DNA from: Rebecca billardiae RCC1528
Taxonomy: Eukaryota > Protista > Haptophyta
Reading direction: 5' to 3'
DNA length: 64,000 nucleotides
Assembly (NCBI GenBank): GCA_965240325.2
Contig: OZ251223.1
Span: 2,852,001-2,916,000, forward strand
The translations under genes were made by a program, and so were the position numbers. How positions within the stretch are numbered: the first letter of the stretch is position 1; each line of letters starts with the position of its first letter. The notes below the pieces were generated by a model. The model was not told the DNA's origin, ran no database searches, and saw nothing but the letters and a program-made list of their open reading frames with translations. This document shows positions 33,052-47,906 of the stretch, piece after piece.

Positions 33052-36000
33052 GGCGCGGCGGGCGTGCCGGGCTTCGGCCCCGCCGCCGCGCGCGCCGCCG
33101 CGCGCTCGGGCGGCACGCACGGCGGCGTGCGCTGGTGCGTCGTCGACAGCGCCGCGCTCGGCGCGGCCGGCGCGGGCCGCTGGCCAGAGCGTCTGCTGCT
33201 GCCGAGCGCGGCCGCGCGCGAGGCGGAGGCGGCGACGCGCGCGCGCGCGACGCCGTCGCTCGGCGCGGGGCCGTCGCGCGCGCCGGCCGTGCTCGTCGAG
33301 ACCACCTCCCTCGCGCACGCCGCGCCCGCCCTCCTCCTCGCCCCGCGCGTCGGCCTGCTCAGCCTCGCAGCCGCCGACTGGGGCGACGCGGCCGCGCTGG
33401 TCGAGGCGCGACTCGGGTTGCTGAGGGACTACGCCCCCGCGGTCGACGACGCGGCGGGCGCGTCGGCGGCGCTGACGGCGGCGGAGGCGCACGCGGCGCG
33501 CGAGCTGCGCCGCGCCGCGCGCGCGCAGCGCCACGCCGCCGAGGCCGCGCGCAAGGTCTCGAAGAGCTCGCGGCGGCGCGCGGCGCAGGCGGCGGCGGCG
33601 CTCTCCGCCGCGAGCGGCGACGGCGGCGCGGACGGCGGCGGCGCGGACGCGGGCGGCGCGGACGACGCGCCGCTCGGCGGCGGCGGGCGCGCGGGCGCGG
33701 GCTCGGCCGCGCCGCTGCAGCTCTCCGCCGCCGCGCCGATGATGGCCAAGACCGCCGCCTCCGCCGCGCAGGGCACGCTCCCGTACGCGCCTGTCACGGT
33801 GCCGCTCGCGCGCGAGCTCGTGCGCACGCAGTGGACACCCGCGCTGCGGTTCGTGATGGGGGCGGAGGTAGACCGCCCGCTCGGCACGGACGCGCGCGCG
33901 CTGGCGGAGGCGTTCTGCGCGCTGCTCGTGGGCGGGCTGCTCGCGGACGAGGTGTCCACCGTCTCGGGCCAGCAGCTGCGCCGCGCCTTCCCCCTCCACT
34001 TTGGGCTCGCGCTCGTGGCCGCGCTCGGCGGCGCGCTCGGCGAGGGCGCGCGCGGCCGCGTGGCGTTTGATGACTGGTGCCGCAAGCACCTGTCGTGTCT
34101 GCCCGTGCCCGCGCAGCCGGCGGCGTCGCCGTGGGCGGCGGCGCAGGGGTGGCACACGCCGCTCTCGGTCTTCGAGTACGCGCTCGAGCCGCGCAGCTGC
34201 CAGCTCGTCCCCGCGCTCCTCCCCGCCGAGGTGCTCCGCGAGCCGCGGCCGCCCGCGCACCCAGGCAGCGGCGTGCCGCGCAGCGTGGGCGGCAGCAGCG
34301 CGCCAAGCGCGGCCGGCAGCGTGGGCGGCAGCGTGGGCGGCTCGTTCCGCAGCGCGCGCGGCGGCGCGCCCGCGGCGGAGGGCGCGGCGCCCGAGCCCGG
34401 CTCGAACGTGGGCGGCGTCCTCTCCCGCGGCGACGACGCCGAGGGCGCGTTCCTCTGGATCGACACCGCGCAGACCGAGGTCGTGCGCGCGCACGTGCGC
34501 GCGCACGTCTCCTCCGCGGTGCGCTGCCACGTGCTGGTGTGGGGCGCGCGCGGCGCGGGCAAGTCGGAGGCGGTCCGCGCGGCGCTGTTCGGCCGCTCGC
34601 CGTCGGTGTCGACGGTGGCGGGCGAGGGCACCTCCGGCGGCGGCGGCACGCCCACCACCTCCGTCTCCGCCGCGCTCGGCGGCGCGGGCGTGCACCACGT
34701 CTCGATCGAGCTGGACGGCAGCATGGCCGCCGACGGCGTGCACGCGCGGCTGCACGCGCTCGCGGCGCGCGCGTGCGGCGACCTCGGCTCGGACGGGCTG
34801 TCGAACGCGGCGCTCTCGAGCGGCGAGGAGGCGGGGCGGCGCGGCACGATCACGCCCGTCCGCCGCCTCGTCATCGCGCTCGACGACGTGCACCTCGCGC
34901 GCGCGCCCGCCGCGCTGCCGCCCAACGCGGCGGCGGCGCTCGCGGGCGCGCTCGCGCGCGGCGGCGACGCGCGCGCGCGCGCGCCGCCGCGCCCGCCCGC
35001 GCCGCTCGAGGTGCTGCGCGCGGTGCTCGACGGCGCGCTCGCCGGGCAGCGCGGCTCGGTGCCGCCCAGCCTCCGCCCGCACACCGCGATGTTCCAGCTC
35101 CTCGCCACCGCCGCGCCCGCGCCCGGCGGCGGCGGCGGCGAGCCCTGGGGTGCGGTGCGCGGCTGCCGGCTGCTGCGCCGCTGCGCGCCCGTGTACGCTC
35201 CGCCGCTGGACGACGCGTGCCTCGGCACGATCCTGCGCGCGCGCGCGGAGCCGCCGCTCCGCGCGCTCGCCGCCGCCTCGCTCGCCGAGTCCGCCGCCGC
35301 GCGCGCCGCCCCCTTCGACGCCGACGCGCACGGCGGCGGCTCGGCGGGCGGCGCGGCCGCGCAGATGGGCGGCGCGCTCGCGCGCGTGTGGGCGGACGCG
35401 AGCCTGGAGCTGCTGCGCGCGGTGGGCGGCGCGGCGCGCGGCGCGGCGCACGCCGAGGCGTGGTCGGGCGGCGGCGCGGACGGGCCCGAGCCCGCGCACG
35501 CCGCGCACGCCGGCGCGCGCGCGCACGCCGCCGTGTGGGCCTCGCTGCCGCCGTGCGCCCACGACCTTGTGCGCATGCTGAGCGCGCTGCCGGCGGCCGC
35601 GGCCGGCACTCGGCTCGGCGCGAGCGCCGCGCTCGGCGGCGCGCTGCGCTCGGCGACGGCGCCCGCGGCGGTGCGCGTCGGGCTGCTGTGGAGCGCCGAG
35701 GCGACCGCCGCGCTCGCGCCGCTCCTCCCCAGCCCCAACGCCGCCGCGCCCGCGCACGCGGCCGCGCAAGACGTGCGCTCGCTCGCGCGCGCCGTGCACG
35801 CGCGCCACTGGCTGCCGCTCTACGCGCACGCGGCCGCGCCGCGCCCGCGCGCGCCGCGGCCGCGCAGCCCGGAGCGCGGCGCGATGGTGTCGCGCTCGCA
35901 GGCGCCGCCGCGCCGCGCGAACACCCAGCTGCGCGAGCTCTTCGCGCGCTCGCTCTCGCCGCCGCCGCGCCGCGCGCCGCCGCGCGCCGCCTCGGCCTCG

Positions 36001-36734
36001 GAGGCGAGGAGCAAGGCGGCGGCGGCGGCCGCGGCGGCGCGCGCCGGCGCGGCGGGCGGCGCGGCGGCCGAGGCCGAGGCGGCGCTGCTCGCGCTGGGCG
36101 TGGTGCTCGACGACGCGCGCGACGACGCGGACGCGCGGCCGGTGACCGACGCCGCGGACGCGCTCGAGCCCGCCGCCGCCGCCATGCCCTCCGCGCGCGC
36201 GAGCCCGGGCGCGGCGGGCGCGCGCCGCGCGCCGCGCCGCTCAGCCGCATCCGATGCCTCCGCCGCCGCCGCCGACGACGACGAGGGCGGCGGCGAGGAG
36301 GGCGGCGCGGCGGGGGAGGAGGAGGACGGGGGGGACGTGGCGGACGCGGGCGCGCAGTGGGCCGACGACGCGGACGGCGGCGCGGGCGGCGGCGAGAGTG
36401 TGCTCTGCTTCAGCCCGCCGCTGTGGCGCGCGGCGGAGGCGGGCTCGGCGGCTGACGCGGAGGAGGACGACGGTGCGCCGCTGGGCGGCGGCGCCCACGG
36501 CGGCGCCGAGTCGCGCGCCGCGTCGCGCGCGACGTCGGCGTCGACGACCCTGCACTCGCACCGCTCAGCCGCGCTCGCACCGCCACTGCCCTACGGCGCG
36601 CACGCCGCCGCGGCCAACCTGGCGCCGCCGCCGCTCGCTCTCGTGGGAGCGAGTGCGCTCGCGGCCGCGCTGGCCGAGCGCGGCCGCGCGCTCGCGCCGC
36701 CGCCGCCGCCGCCGCCTCGGCCCGTGGCGGCGCT

Positions 36735-36767
<33 letters not shown>

Positions 36768-38786
36768 GCTGGACGGCCGCGCCTCGCCCAGCCCGCTCGA
36801 CGCGTCCTCCACCGACCCGCCCCCCGCGCTGGCCGCGGCCGCGTGCGCGCCCCCCCTGGCGTTCGGGTCGCCCGCGCTGCTCGCGAGCGCGTGCGCGGTG
36901 CGGCGCGCGGTGGCGCTGCCCGCGCAGCCGCTCGCGCTGGTGAGCGCGCGCGCGGGCGCGGGGCGCGCGCGGCTGGTGGCGTGGGCCGCGCGGCTCGAGC
37001 GCGCGCCGCTGTACGTCGCCGACGGCGCGAGCTCCGCGGCGGTCGAGTCCGCCCTCGCCGCGCGCGCGGGCGCCGCCCTCGCCGAGCTCGGCGCGAGCGG
37101 CTCGCTGCCGCCGCGCCCGTCGAGCCCGCGCGACGGACTGGCCGCCGCGGCGGGCGGCGGGCGGCGCGGCAGCACCGGCCGCGCGCCGGGCTCGTCGGCG
37201 CGCCGCGGCTCGGTCGAGCCGCCGCGCCGCGCCGGCGCCGCACCCGCGGGCGCGCGGCGCGGCGCGCGCAACGCGCCGCCGCCGCCCCCTTGGCTTGGGG
37301 CTCTGCGCGCGGCCGCGACGCACGCGATGATTCACGACGCCCCGGCGGTGCTGCTCGTGACGGAGCCGCCGCTGCGGCTGCTGTGCATGCTGGCGCGGCT
37401 GCAGCGGCTGCGGGCGGTGCTGGCGCACGCGACGCACGCGCGCGCGCCGCCGCGCGGCGCGGGCGGCGCGCGCTCCGCGCTCCGCGCCGCCGCCGCCTCG
37501 GCCGCCGCCACCGCCGCCGCGCCCTCGGGCGCTGAGTGGGGCGCGTCCGCCATCGCCCTCCTCCTCACCTCCGCCGAGGCGGACGACGTGGAGATGGTGA
37601 TCGGCTCGCAGCTGCTCGGCGCGCACGAGAGCGCGGTGGCGGAGCACAGGCGCGCCAAGGCCGCGCGCAAGGCGCGCGCGCGCGGCGAGTCGCGGCCCGG
37701 CTCTGCCGCCGTCGGCGGCGGCGGCGCGGCCGCGGCCGCGGCCGCCGACGCGGGCGGCGGCAGCGGCGGCGGCGGCGGCGGCGCGGACGCGCCGCCGGCT
37801 GGCGGCGCGAGCGGCGGCGGCGCGGAGCGCAGCGGCGCGCCGCGCTCCACCTCCTCCTCCGCGCGCCGCCGCTGGGTCGCCGAGGCCGAGCGCCGCCTCT
37901 TCGCCAACCTTCGGCTCGTGCTGCGGCTCCACCCGACCGAGCTGGGCGCCGCGTGTGCGCACGCGCCCGCGCTGCTGAGCGCGTGCGCGCTGCTCGACTG
38001 CGACGCGGCGCAGGGGGCGGCGCCGCCGAGCCCGCTGCCGCCGCGTGTGCCGGGCGGCGCCGACGCGCGCGCGCAGCGCCAGTCCCTCGACGCGCCGCTC
38101 TCGCTCGCCGCGCCCCTCGCCCTCTCCGCGCGGCCGGCGCCGTCGGGCGCCGAGCGCACGGCGCGCGCGCTCGGCGCCGCCTGGCTCGTGTCGATGCGAG
38201 CGGCGGGCTTGGCCGCGCCCAGGCCGCGCTCGGCGGCGGCGGAGACGCTCGCGCGCGGCGTGTACGCGGTCGCGCGCGTGCTCTCGCGCCGGCCCGGCGC
38301 GGACGGCACGCTCGCGCCCGACGCCGACGCGCCGTGCGCCGCGCGCATAGGCGAGCTCTGGCGCGCGCTCGCGCCAGCGCTGCACGCCCTCGGCGGCGCG
38401 GCGCGCGCGCGCGTTACCGAGCTGGGCGTGGGACAGGCGGCGCTGCGCGCGCTGCGCTACCGCGCGAGCGAGGCGCGCGCGGCGCTGCGCGGCATGGGGC
38501 TCGTGCGCGTGCGCGTCGGCGCCGCGCCCGCCGCCGCCGCCGCCGACTCGAGCGCTCTCGGCGCGGCGGGCGGCGGCGCGGACGGCGCGGGCGGCGCGCC
38601 GCCATCGGTGTGGGTGCGCGCGGACGACCCCGACTGGGGCGGCGCCGCCGAGCGCGTGGCGAACGAGATCGCGCGCGCGCAGGCGGGCGCGAGCACGCGG
38701 TGGGGCATGCGCGGCGGCGACCTCGTCGCCACCATCTTCATGCACGACGAGCTGCTGGCGGAGGCGGAGGCGCGCGCCGCGCTGCT

Positions 38787-38819
<33 letters not shown>

Positions 38820-41800
38820 GCGCTCGGCGGCGGCGGCGGCAAGGGCGGCGACGGCCGGCGCCGCCGCGCCCGCCGCCGCCGCCGAGGGCGGGGCTGACGG
38901 CGACGCCGCCGCCGCGCGCGCGGAGGGCGAGGCCGACCGCGGCGACGACGGCGGCCCCGCCGAGCACGGCGCCGCCGAGCTCGCCGCCGCCAAGGCCTTG
39001 CTAATCGAGCTGCGAGCGCTCGAGCGCGCAGAGAGCGCAGCCGAGCGCTGCCACGCGCTCGCGCCCGACCCGGCGGCCGCGGCGGTGTGGGCGCGGCCGG
39101 CTCGGCGGGCGGAGGGCGCGGCCGAGGAGGAGGAGGAGGGCGAGGCGGGCGCGGAGGCCGACGCCGACGCCGGGGCCGCCGCCGCCGCCGCCTCCGACGA
39201 GCCCCGCGCCGCGGCGCAGCCGCCCCCGAGCAGGCCGCAGACTGCGGGCGGCGGCGCCGCTCCGCCCAGCCGACCGACAACCGCCGGCAGCGGCGCGGAC
39301 GGCGGCGGCGCGGACGAGGCGGACGGCGCGGCGTCCGAGCGCGCGTCGGACGGCGCGCCGCCGCCGGCCGAGCCGGCGCTCTCGTGGGCGGCGCAGCTCT
39401 CCGCCGCGCGCGCGCTGCAGCGTGGCGTGCACGGCCTTGCCATCCTCGCCGCCGCGGGCGCGAGCGCGGAGGTCTCACGCGCGGGCGCGGCCGCGCGCGC
39501 CGCGGCGCTGAGCGAGGGTGCGCGCGCGCTCGCGGAGTTGGGGCTGCACGTGCCGTCGGCCGCGGCGCTGGAGGCGCTCGCGCCGATGCCGCCGCTCCTC
39601 CCGGAGCTCGACGCCGCCGTCGCGCTCGGCGGCAGCCTCGGCGGCCGAGGCGCGGCGGCGGCGGCGGGTCGGAGCGGCGGGCGCGCCGCCGCCGCGCCCC
39701 CACCTCCGCGCCGGCTACCGCCGCCGCCGCCGCCCACGCTCCCGCCCAGCCTGCTCGTGCCGCCGGGCGCGCTGCATGCCGCGCGGCTCAACGCCGCGAG
39801 CGCGCTCGCGGCCGAGGTGCGCGCGGCGCAGCAGGCCGCCTCGCACGCCGCGGCGGGCGGCGGCGCGGCCGAAAGCGGCGCCGGCGCGGGCGCAGGCGGC
39901 GGCGGCGCGGGCGGCGCGCGCTCAGGCTCCCCCGCCCGCGACGGCGGCGGCTCGGCGGCGACGCTCGCGTCGGCGGCGCTCGCGGCCGAGGCGCAGGCGC
40001 ACGTGGCGGACGCGCTCGCCATCTCCGCCGAGACGCGCGACACGATGCTCGCGACCCTCTGCCCCGCGGGCGCGCGCGTCTCGCTCGTGCGCGACGGCCA
40101 CGGCGCCGCGCACGCGTGGGTGCACACGCTGGCGCGCGCCGGCTTGCTCGGCCGCACGGTGGGGCTGGCGGCGGCGGAGGGGAGCGGCGGGCGGAAGGAC
40201 GAGGCGTGCTTGGCGGACGCGTGGGTGAACGGCGGCACGCTGCTGCTCCGCTTCGACCCCGACGCCGCCGACGCGGACGCCGCCGACGACGACGACGACG
40301 GCGGCGGCGGCGACGACGACGACGGCCCCGCGGCGCGCTGGGCGGTGCGCGCGAGCGGCGCGCACGGGCTCGGCGGCCAGCTGAGCCGGCTGGGCGCGGG
40401 TTGCGCGGCGGAGCTCGAGGCGGTGGGCCGGCTCGTCGAGGGCGACGCGCTCGCGCACGACGACGGCGGCCCGCCGCTCGGCGCCCTCCTCCTCGCCGCC
40501 CTCGCAGGCACGGCGCTGCGCGCGCCTCCGGCCGAGCACGAGGCGCGCCGCGCCGCCGCCGCGGACGCACAGCGCAGGCTGAACGAGCTGCGCGCGATGC
40601 GCGTGCGCCGCGGGCTGGACATCGCGGCGGAGGCGGCGACGGACGAGATGGTGGCGACGGAGGGTGGCGTCGCGCTCGTCGACGAGCGCTGGCTCGCGCA
40701 GCCGCCGCACCCCTCGTTCCGGGTGCTGCTGCTGTGGCCAGATCGGCCGGCGCCGCCACGGCCGCTCGCGCCGCCGCCGCAGCCGCCGCCGCAGCCGCAG
40801 CGGCTCGGCGGCGCGGAGGGCGGCGGCGCGGAGGCGGAGGCGGGGCTGGACGAGGGCGGCGCGCGCTGGCCGTGGTGGTGCGCGCGGTACGCCCCCGCCG
40901 TGCGCGTCGCCACCCTCGGCGCCCCCTCGCTCCGCCACGTCGAGGAGCTGCTGGCGGCGGCAGTCGTGCGAGCGCTCGCGAGGGGCGCGGGCGCGGGCGG
41001 CGCGGCCGGCGGCGCGGCCGGCGGCGCGGCCGGCGCGCGCGGCGGCGCGGAGGGCGAGGCGCGGCGGGCGTCGAGCCCGTCGCGCCGCGCGAGCGTCGAG
41101 CACGAGCCGCGCCGCTCCTCGCTCGCCCGCCGCGCGGCCGCCCTCGGCCGCGGCGGCGCGGCCGGCGGCGGCACGGCGTGGGAGCAGCCTTCGCGCGTGC
41201 CGCCCGCGGCCGCGCTCGGCGAGGGCGAGGGCGCGCGCGCGTCGCTCGAGGCGGCGGCGGCGTCGCTGCTCTCGCACGCGCGCGAGCTGCCGCACGTGCT
41301 CTCGCGCACCGACCGCGCCGCCGCGCTGCTCATCCGCCGCTGGGGCGCCGAGGCCGACGCGATCGCCCACAGCTGGGCGGCGGCGGAGGCGGCGCACGAT
41401 GCGGCCGCGGCCGCGCGGCGCCGCGCGGCCGCGCTGCTCGCCGTCCCGCTGGGCGAGGCGGCTGCGGGCGAGGGCGAGGGGTCGGCGGCGTGGGGCGCGG
41501 GCGCGGCGTCGCCCGCCGCCGTCCTCGCCGCCGTCGCCGAGAGCCGCCGCCTCGGCGCGCGCCACGACCGCACCGTCGAGCTCTCGGCTGTCGTGGCCGC
41601 GCTCGCGGAGCTGGATGAGGAGGCGGACCCGGCGGTGGCGACGGGCGTCGAGGCGTTCGCCGGGGCGGACGAGGGCGTGGCGGCGGCGGCGGCGGAGGGC
41701 GCGCTGCTCTGCCCGTTCCGCGGCGCGTGGCTCGCGCTCGTCCGCGACCTGGCCGCCGCCGCCGGCCGCGCCCGCGTCGGCGGCGGCGGCGGCCATGCTG

Positions 41801-42840
41801 ACGCTCAGTTGGGCTCCGACCTCGGGCGCCAGCCCAGCGGCGCAGCCTCGGCGGCGGGCGGCGACTCGACGATCGGCTCGCCGCGGCACGGGACCGAGAC
41901 GCCGGGCTCCGGGGCGGAGTCGCAGCCCACCTCCACTCGCCTGCTCTCGCGCTTCGCGCGCGGGCCGGGCGGCGCGGCCGCGGCGGCGGGCAGCTCGGCC
42001 GCGGGCTCGCCCGGCGCCGCGTCAACTGTGTCGCCCGGGCGCGGGGCGTCCGATGCGGCGTCGCCGGCGGGTGGGCGGCTGCCGTCGGCGCTCGGGCGCG
42101 AGCGCGAGCGGCCGGCTGTGCTGGGCCCGTCCTCTCGCGCGCGCGGCGCCGGCCGCGCGGGCGCCGAGCCCGCGGCGGCCGGCGGCGGCGGCGCTGTGGC
42201 GGCCGGCGCGGCCGGCGCGGCCGCCGCCCGCCGGCCCAGCGTGCGCGCTCCGCCGCTGTGGGCGCTCGTCGCGGCGACGGCGCGCGCATGGGCGGTGATC
42301 GACGCGCTCCCGAGCGCGGACCACGCCCAGCTGCCGCCCGGCGCCGCGCCGCCGCCGCGCCACCGCCCGAGCCTCGCCGAGTTCCTCGAGGCGGCCGCGA
42401 CGGCGCTCGCGCGCGCGCACGGCACGGGCCGCACTCCGTTCGTCCCGCAGCGCAGGCGCGTGGGGCGGCGCGCGCAGCGCAGCTCGACGCAGGCGACGGC
42501 GGCGGCGGCGGCGGCGCGGCGGCGCGCGGCGGCGGCGCAGGGCGGGCTGAGCGAGGAGGCGGTCGCGCAGGCGCACAAGGAGGCGGAGGCCGAGCGCGCC
42601 GCCGAGCGCGCGGAGTCGGCCGAGCATGAGGCGCTGCTAGTTGCTGACGCGGTGCGAGCGGTGCGCGCGCAGCTCGCGCTCGCGTGGCACGAGCTGCTCG
42701 CCGCGCTGCGCGGGCTGTACCCCGAGCCGGCCGACAGGGACGCGCTGGAGCGCGCGCTCGCGCCGCCGCTCCCGCCGCTGCAGCCGCCGGGCGCGGACGC
42801 GGACGGCGCGGCGCCGGCGGGCGGCGCGGCGGGCGCGGGC

Positions 42841-42882
<42 letters not shown>

Positions 42883-45800
42883 CTCGCCGCCGCGCTGGCC
42901 GAGCGCGCGCGCGAGCTCAGGGCCTCGCCGGCTCCCAAGGGCGCGGGGGCGAGCGACGCGGGCGGCAGCCTCGACGACCGCCTCGCCGCCGGCGGCGCCG
43001 CCGCCGCCGCCGCTGCCGGCCCTGCCGACCGGCTGTCCGGCGGCGGAGGCAGCCGGTACGCACTGCCCCTTCCCAGCACGCCAGCCGGCCGCGCGCCGGG
43101 GCAGAGCGCTTCGCAGGGGCAGGGCGCGCAGTACTCGCTGCCGCTGCCGAGCTCGCCCCGCGCCGAGCCCGCCGCGCCCGCGCCCACGGCCACGCCCTCC
43201 ACGCCCGCGCCCGCGCCGGGCGCGCACGAGGCCGCCGCCGACGCGCTCGGCGGCTCGGCCACGCCCCTCGACCTTGCGCGGCAGGCGGCGCGCGCGCGCG
43301 ACGGCCTCAGCTGCGTGCTGCTCGATCTGGCCGACGCGTCGCGCGGCCGCGCGGAGGTGCGCGACGCGCCGGTGGAGCGCGCGCGCGCGTGCGCGCTCGC
43401 GTTCGACGCGGCGCTCGCGAGCGTGCTGCCGCTGCCCCCCTCGCGCGTCGACGTCTCGATGGAGGATGCGGCGAGCGCGGCGGCGGTCGAGACGGCCGCG
43501 CGCGCATACGTGGCCGCGCGCGTGCGCGTCGGCGGCCCGCTCGCGTGCGCCGCGCGCGGCGCGGCGGAGGTGGCCGCGCTGACGGCGGGCGCGGGCACGC
43601 ACCGGCTCGTGCGCACGCCCGCGCTGCCGCCTGGCTCCTCCGAGCCCGTCGCGCCCAACGCCGTGCAGTTCTACTTTGCGCCGGCGGGCAGCGCGGCGCT
43701 CGGCGCGCTCTGCGGCGTGGGCGCGGGCGCGGCCGGCGCGTGCGCGCTCGCGCCGCCCTCGCTCGGCGCGACGCGCGCGCTCGCGCGCGCGCACGCGCAC
43801 GCCGAGCGGCACGGCGCGCGCGGCGCGCCGCGCGCGGCGCGCGCGGCCAAGCACGGCCGCGTCGCCGAGGTCTCGCGCTGGGTCGACGCGGTCGCTCGCC
43901 AGATCGCAGCCGCGCTCGCCGCCGTGCCGCCGCCGCCGCCGCCGCCGCCGCCGCTCGGCGCGCACGGCGGCGGCGGCGGCTCGACGTCGCAGCTCGAGAG
44001 CGCGGGCGGCTCGCCGGCGAGCCCGCCTTCGACGTCCCCGCACGCGGACGGCCCGCAGCAGCCGTCGCTGTGGTCCAACAAGCAGCTCGCCGTGGGCACG
44101 CGCTCGGCGCGCCCGTCGATGGAGGCGGTGCCTGCGTCGCCGCTGCTGCGCTCGCCGCGGCCGTCTCTCGAGCCGAGCGGCGCGCCGCCGCGCTCGCCGC
44201 CGCACTCGGGCGCGCACGGCGCGGCGGAGCCGCCCTCGCCGCCGGCGCCCAAGCACGGGCCGCAGGGCTCGGCGCGCTCCGCGCTGCGCGCCGAGGCCTC
44301 GCGCAAGGCGATCGCCGCGGCGAAGGCGGGCGTGGAGGGCGCGTCGGCGGCGGAGGCGGCGGAGGCGGAGGCGGCGGCGGACGCGGACAGCGCCACGTCC
44401 GCGCTCGACCACCTCGTGATGCTCGACGGCTCCGCGCTCGCCCTCGAGCTCGGCCTCGCCTCGCCCGGCGGCGGCGGTGGCCGCAGCTGGCTCGCGCTCA
44501 CCGGCGCCCTCTCGCAGCTCAGCGGCGCGCTGAGCGCCCGACTCTCGGCGGCGCTGTTCGAGCGAGCGCGCGAGGAGGCGCGCGCGAGGCTGGCGCACGC
44601 GGCGGCGCACGCGCCCACGCACGCGCCCACGCACGGCGGCGCGCACGGCGGCGCGCACGGCGGCGGCGCGGCGGCGCACTCGCCCACGCGCGCGTCGCAG
44701 CACGGCGGCACGCCCGCGCCGCACTCGCCCTCGCGCCTCTCGGGCGGCTCGAGCACGGGCGGCGTGCACGCGCCCTCTCGCGCGCCGCCTCAGCTGCAGC
44801 ACGCGCCCGGCGGCGCGGCGCACGCCGGCGGGCGCGCGCACGTGCTGCCGACCGGCCCGGCGCACTCGTCCGCGTCGGCGGTGAGCGCGCACCCGTCGGA
44901 GGTGGTGCGCGTGTGCCTCGTCTGCGTGCTCGACGCGAGCGTGCCGTGGGTCGGCGCCGCGCTCGGGCAGGGCGGGCTGGCGGCGGGCGCGGCGGCGGGC
45001 GGCGGCGCCGACACGCTGGGGTGGCGGCTGCCTCTGGTGCCGTGCGCGCGCGCGCCGATCGCGCTCGTCGCGCCGCCGATCGGGCTGCCGCCCGCGCTCG
45101 TGCCCGCGCCGCTGCCGCCGGCGCTGCTGCCGACCGTCGGCGGCGCCGGCGCCAGCGTCGGCGCCAGCGGGCCCGCCTCGCCCACGCGCGCCAGCGGGCG
45201 TCGCAACCGCGCTTCCACCGAGCGCGGCGCCCTCGGCGGCTTTGGCGGCCCGGAGCGACGATCACGCCTCTCGCACGGCGTGGACGCGGCGGTGGAGGGC
45301 GGCGGCGGCGGCGGCGGCGGCGGCGAAGGCGGCACGCTCGCCGCGCCCGGCGGCCCCGCGCCGTGGGCGGACGCCGAGCTCGAGCAGTCCGGCGCCGAGT
45401 CCGGGGGCTGGGCGCACGGCGCGCTCGCCATCGCGTGGCCACACCTCGTGGGCGTGCCGAGCGAAGGGGCGGCGCCGCCGCTGCTGCCCAACGGGTTCAC
45501 CTCGCCCGTGCGCGGCGTGAAGTCGGCGAAGGGCGCGCGCATGGCCATCGCCGCGCACGTCGCGACGCACGCGCGCCGCGCCGAGCGGCTGCAGCGCGCC
45601 AACACGGCGCACGCACTCGCGTGCGCCGCGCACGCGACGCGCGTGCACGCGCTCGCGGCCGCGGCGGGCGCCGCCGCCGTGCACGCCGCAGGCGGCCGGC
45701 TCGGCGCCGAGCTGCCCATGCGGCCGGGCGCGCACGCGGACGCGCGCGCGCTGAGCGACGCGCTGTGCTGGGCGGCCGCGCGCGCCGGCTCGCTCCACGC

Positions 45801-47874
45801 GCTCGCGCCCACAGTGCACGAGTGCGCGCGACGCGCCCGCGCCCGCGCGCCGCGCGCCGCGCGCGCCGCGCCCGCGCGCTCACCGCCGCCTCCCGTGCGC
45901 GTCCGCGCGGCGCGCGCAGGCTGCTGTCCGGCGCGTGCGACCTGAGCGTGCCCGCGCTGCCGGGCGCGGAGCCCGCGCCGCTCGCGCTGCTCGAGGGCCC
46001 GGGCACCATCAGCGAGGATGGCAGCCAGCCGCCCAGCTCTGAGCCGGGCGCGCGCGCGCGGATGCTTCTCACCACCATGCTCGGCTGCGCGCTCACCGCC
46101 GCGTCGGTCGGGCTGGCCGTGGACGAGCTCGCGCCGCACCTGCTCAGCGCGCGCGGCGCGCGCGCGGCCGACGGGCTCGAGGCGCAGGCGCGCGACATGC
46201 AATCGTGCGCGCGCGCGCGGCGGCGGCGGCGGCGGCGGCGCGGCGCGCGAGGCGGCGCGCGAGGCGGCGCGGCGCGGCGCGTGCTGAGCCGCGCCGCCGC
46301 CCCCCCCCCCCCCCCCCCCATCCCCCATGCGCCCCCGGCCCTGCCTCTCGCGCGCGCAGGGGCGGCCTCCTCGCGCTCGCCGAGCAGCACCACGCGCGCG
46401 CGCTCAGCACCCTCGTCGCGCGCGTGCACTCCGCGCCGCACGCCGACTGGTTCGCAGTGCTGCACCACCTGCTCACGCCAGGGGCGGGCGGCGCGCCGCC
46501 GCCCTCGGCGGCAAAGGCGGGCGGCGGCCGGCGCGTGGGCTTCGACTCGAGCGCGGCCGCGGCGTCGGAGGCGCTCGCGACCGCGGCGGCGGGGCTGCTC
46601 CCCGGCCTCGCGCCGGGCGAGCGCTCGCCCTTCGCGCCCGGCGCGCCCAGCGGCGCCCCCGCCGACGCCGCGGGCGCGGCGCTGCGTGTGCGCTCGCTCG
46701 AGCGCGCGCGCGACGTGGCGGCTGAGCTGCTGCACGCGGTCGTGGCCCGGCCGGCGGGGGCGGAGGCGAGCGCGGAGGCGCACGAGGCCGTGCCGCGGCT
46801 GCTCGGCGGCGGCGGCAGCGCGCTCCGCCTGCTCGGGGCGCCGCTCGCCCCGCGCGCCAGCGCGCACTCCGCCAGCCCGCGCCGCTCGCCGCGCGCGTCC
46901 GTGCCGCAGGACGGCGGCGCGCTGGTGGCGCCGACGCCCGGCCTCGTCGCGCTCGCGCTCGCGCCCGCCGCGGGCGGCGCGGCCGCCGCGGCGGCGGGCG
47001 GCGCGGCGGAGCCGCCCGCGCCGCTGCTGCTGCAGCTGCTGCCCGCGCGCGCTCTGTTCAGCGCGGCGGGCGCAGAGGCACTGTCGCGCGCGCGCCTCGC
47101 GGCCGCCGCCGCGGCCGCGCGCCCGCCGCCGCTGCCTCTCGACGCGCTGGCCTCGGCGGCGGCGGCGGCGGCGCGCGCCTCGCTCGCGCGCGGCGTCGCG
47201 CTCGTGCTCGGCTGCCTCCACGAGACCGTCCCGCGCTTCGACGGGCGCGAGGCCGCGTGGCGCGTCGCGGGCAGCGTGCCGTCCGTGCCCCTGCTCGAGC
47301 GCGCGCTGCAGGCCGAGGTGGGCGCGGTGCGCGCGCTGCTCGGCGGCGCGCACGGCGCGTGCCGCCGGCTGGGCTGCGCGCTCGCGCCCGCGCTGCGCCC
47401 GGTGTGGCGCGCCGCCGCGCACGCCGACGCCGCCGCCGCCGCCGCCGACGCCGCGGTCGCGAGCGCGCTCGGCTGGGCAGACGAGGCGCTGGCGGACGGC
47501 CATGCCGCGCTCCACGTCGGCGGCGCGGACGCGCTCGTCGCGCGCGCGCTCGCGGCGGGCGAGGCGCCGGCGGCGTGGCGGCTCCCGGCGCTCGGGCAGC
47601 ACGCGACGACGGCGGCGGACGGCGTCGACGCGGCGGGCGTCTGCTTCGGCGCGTGCGCGCCGCTCCCCGCGCCGATCGCGGGCTGGGTGCGCGCGGCGAA
47701 CGCGCGCGCGCGCCTCGCGACCGCCTGGCTGCACGTGGCCGTGCCGCAGCGCTGGGACCTCTCGGCCACGTGCGCGCCCGGCGCGCTGCTCGGCTGCGCG
47801 CTGGGCGACTACGCGGCGCGCGCCGGGCTCGACCTGGGCGACGCGCAGTTTGCGTTCGGCGTCGTCTTCAGCGC

Positions 47875-47906
<32 letters not shown>
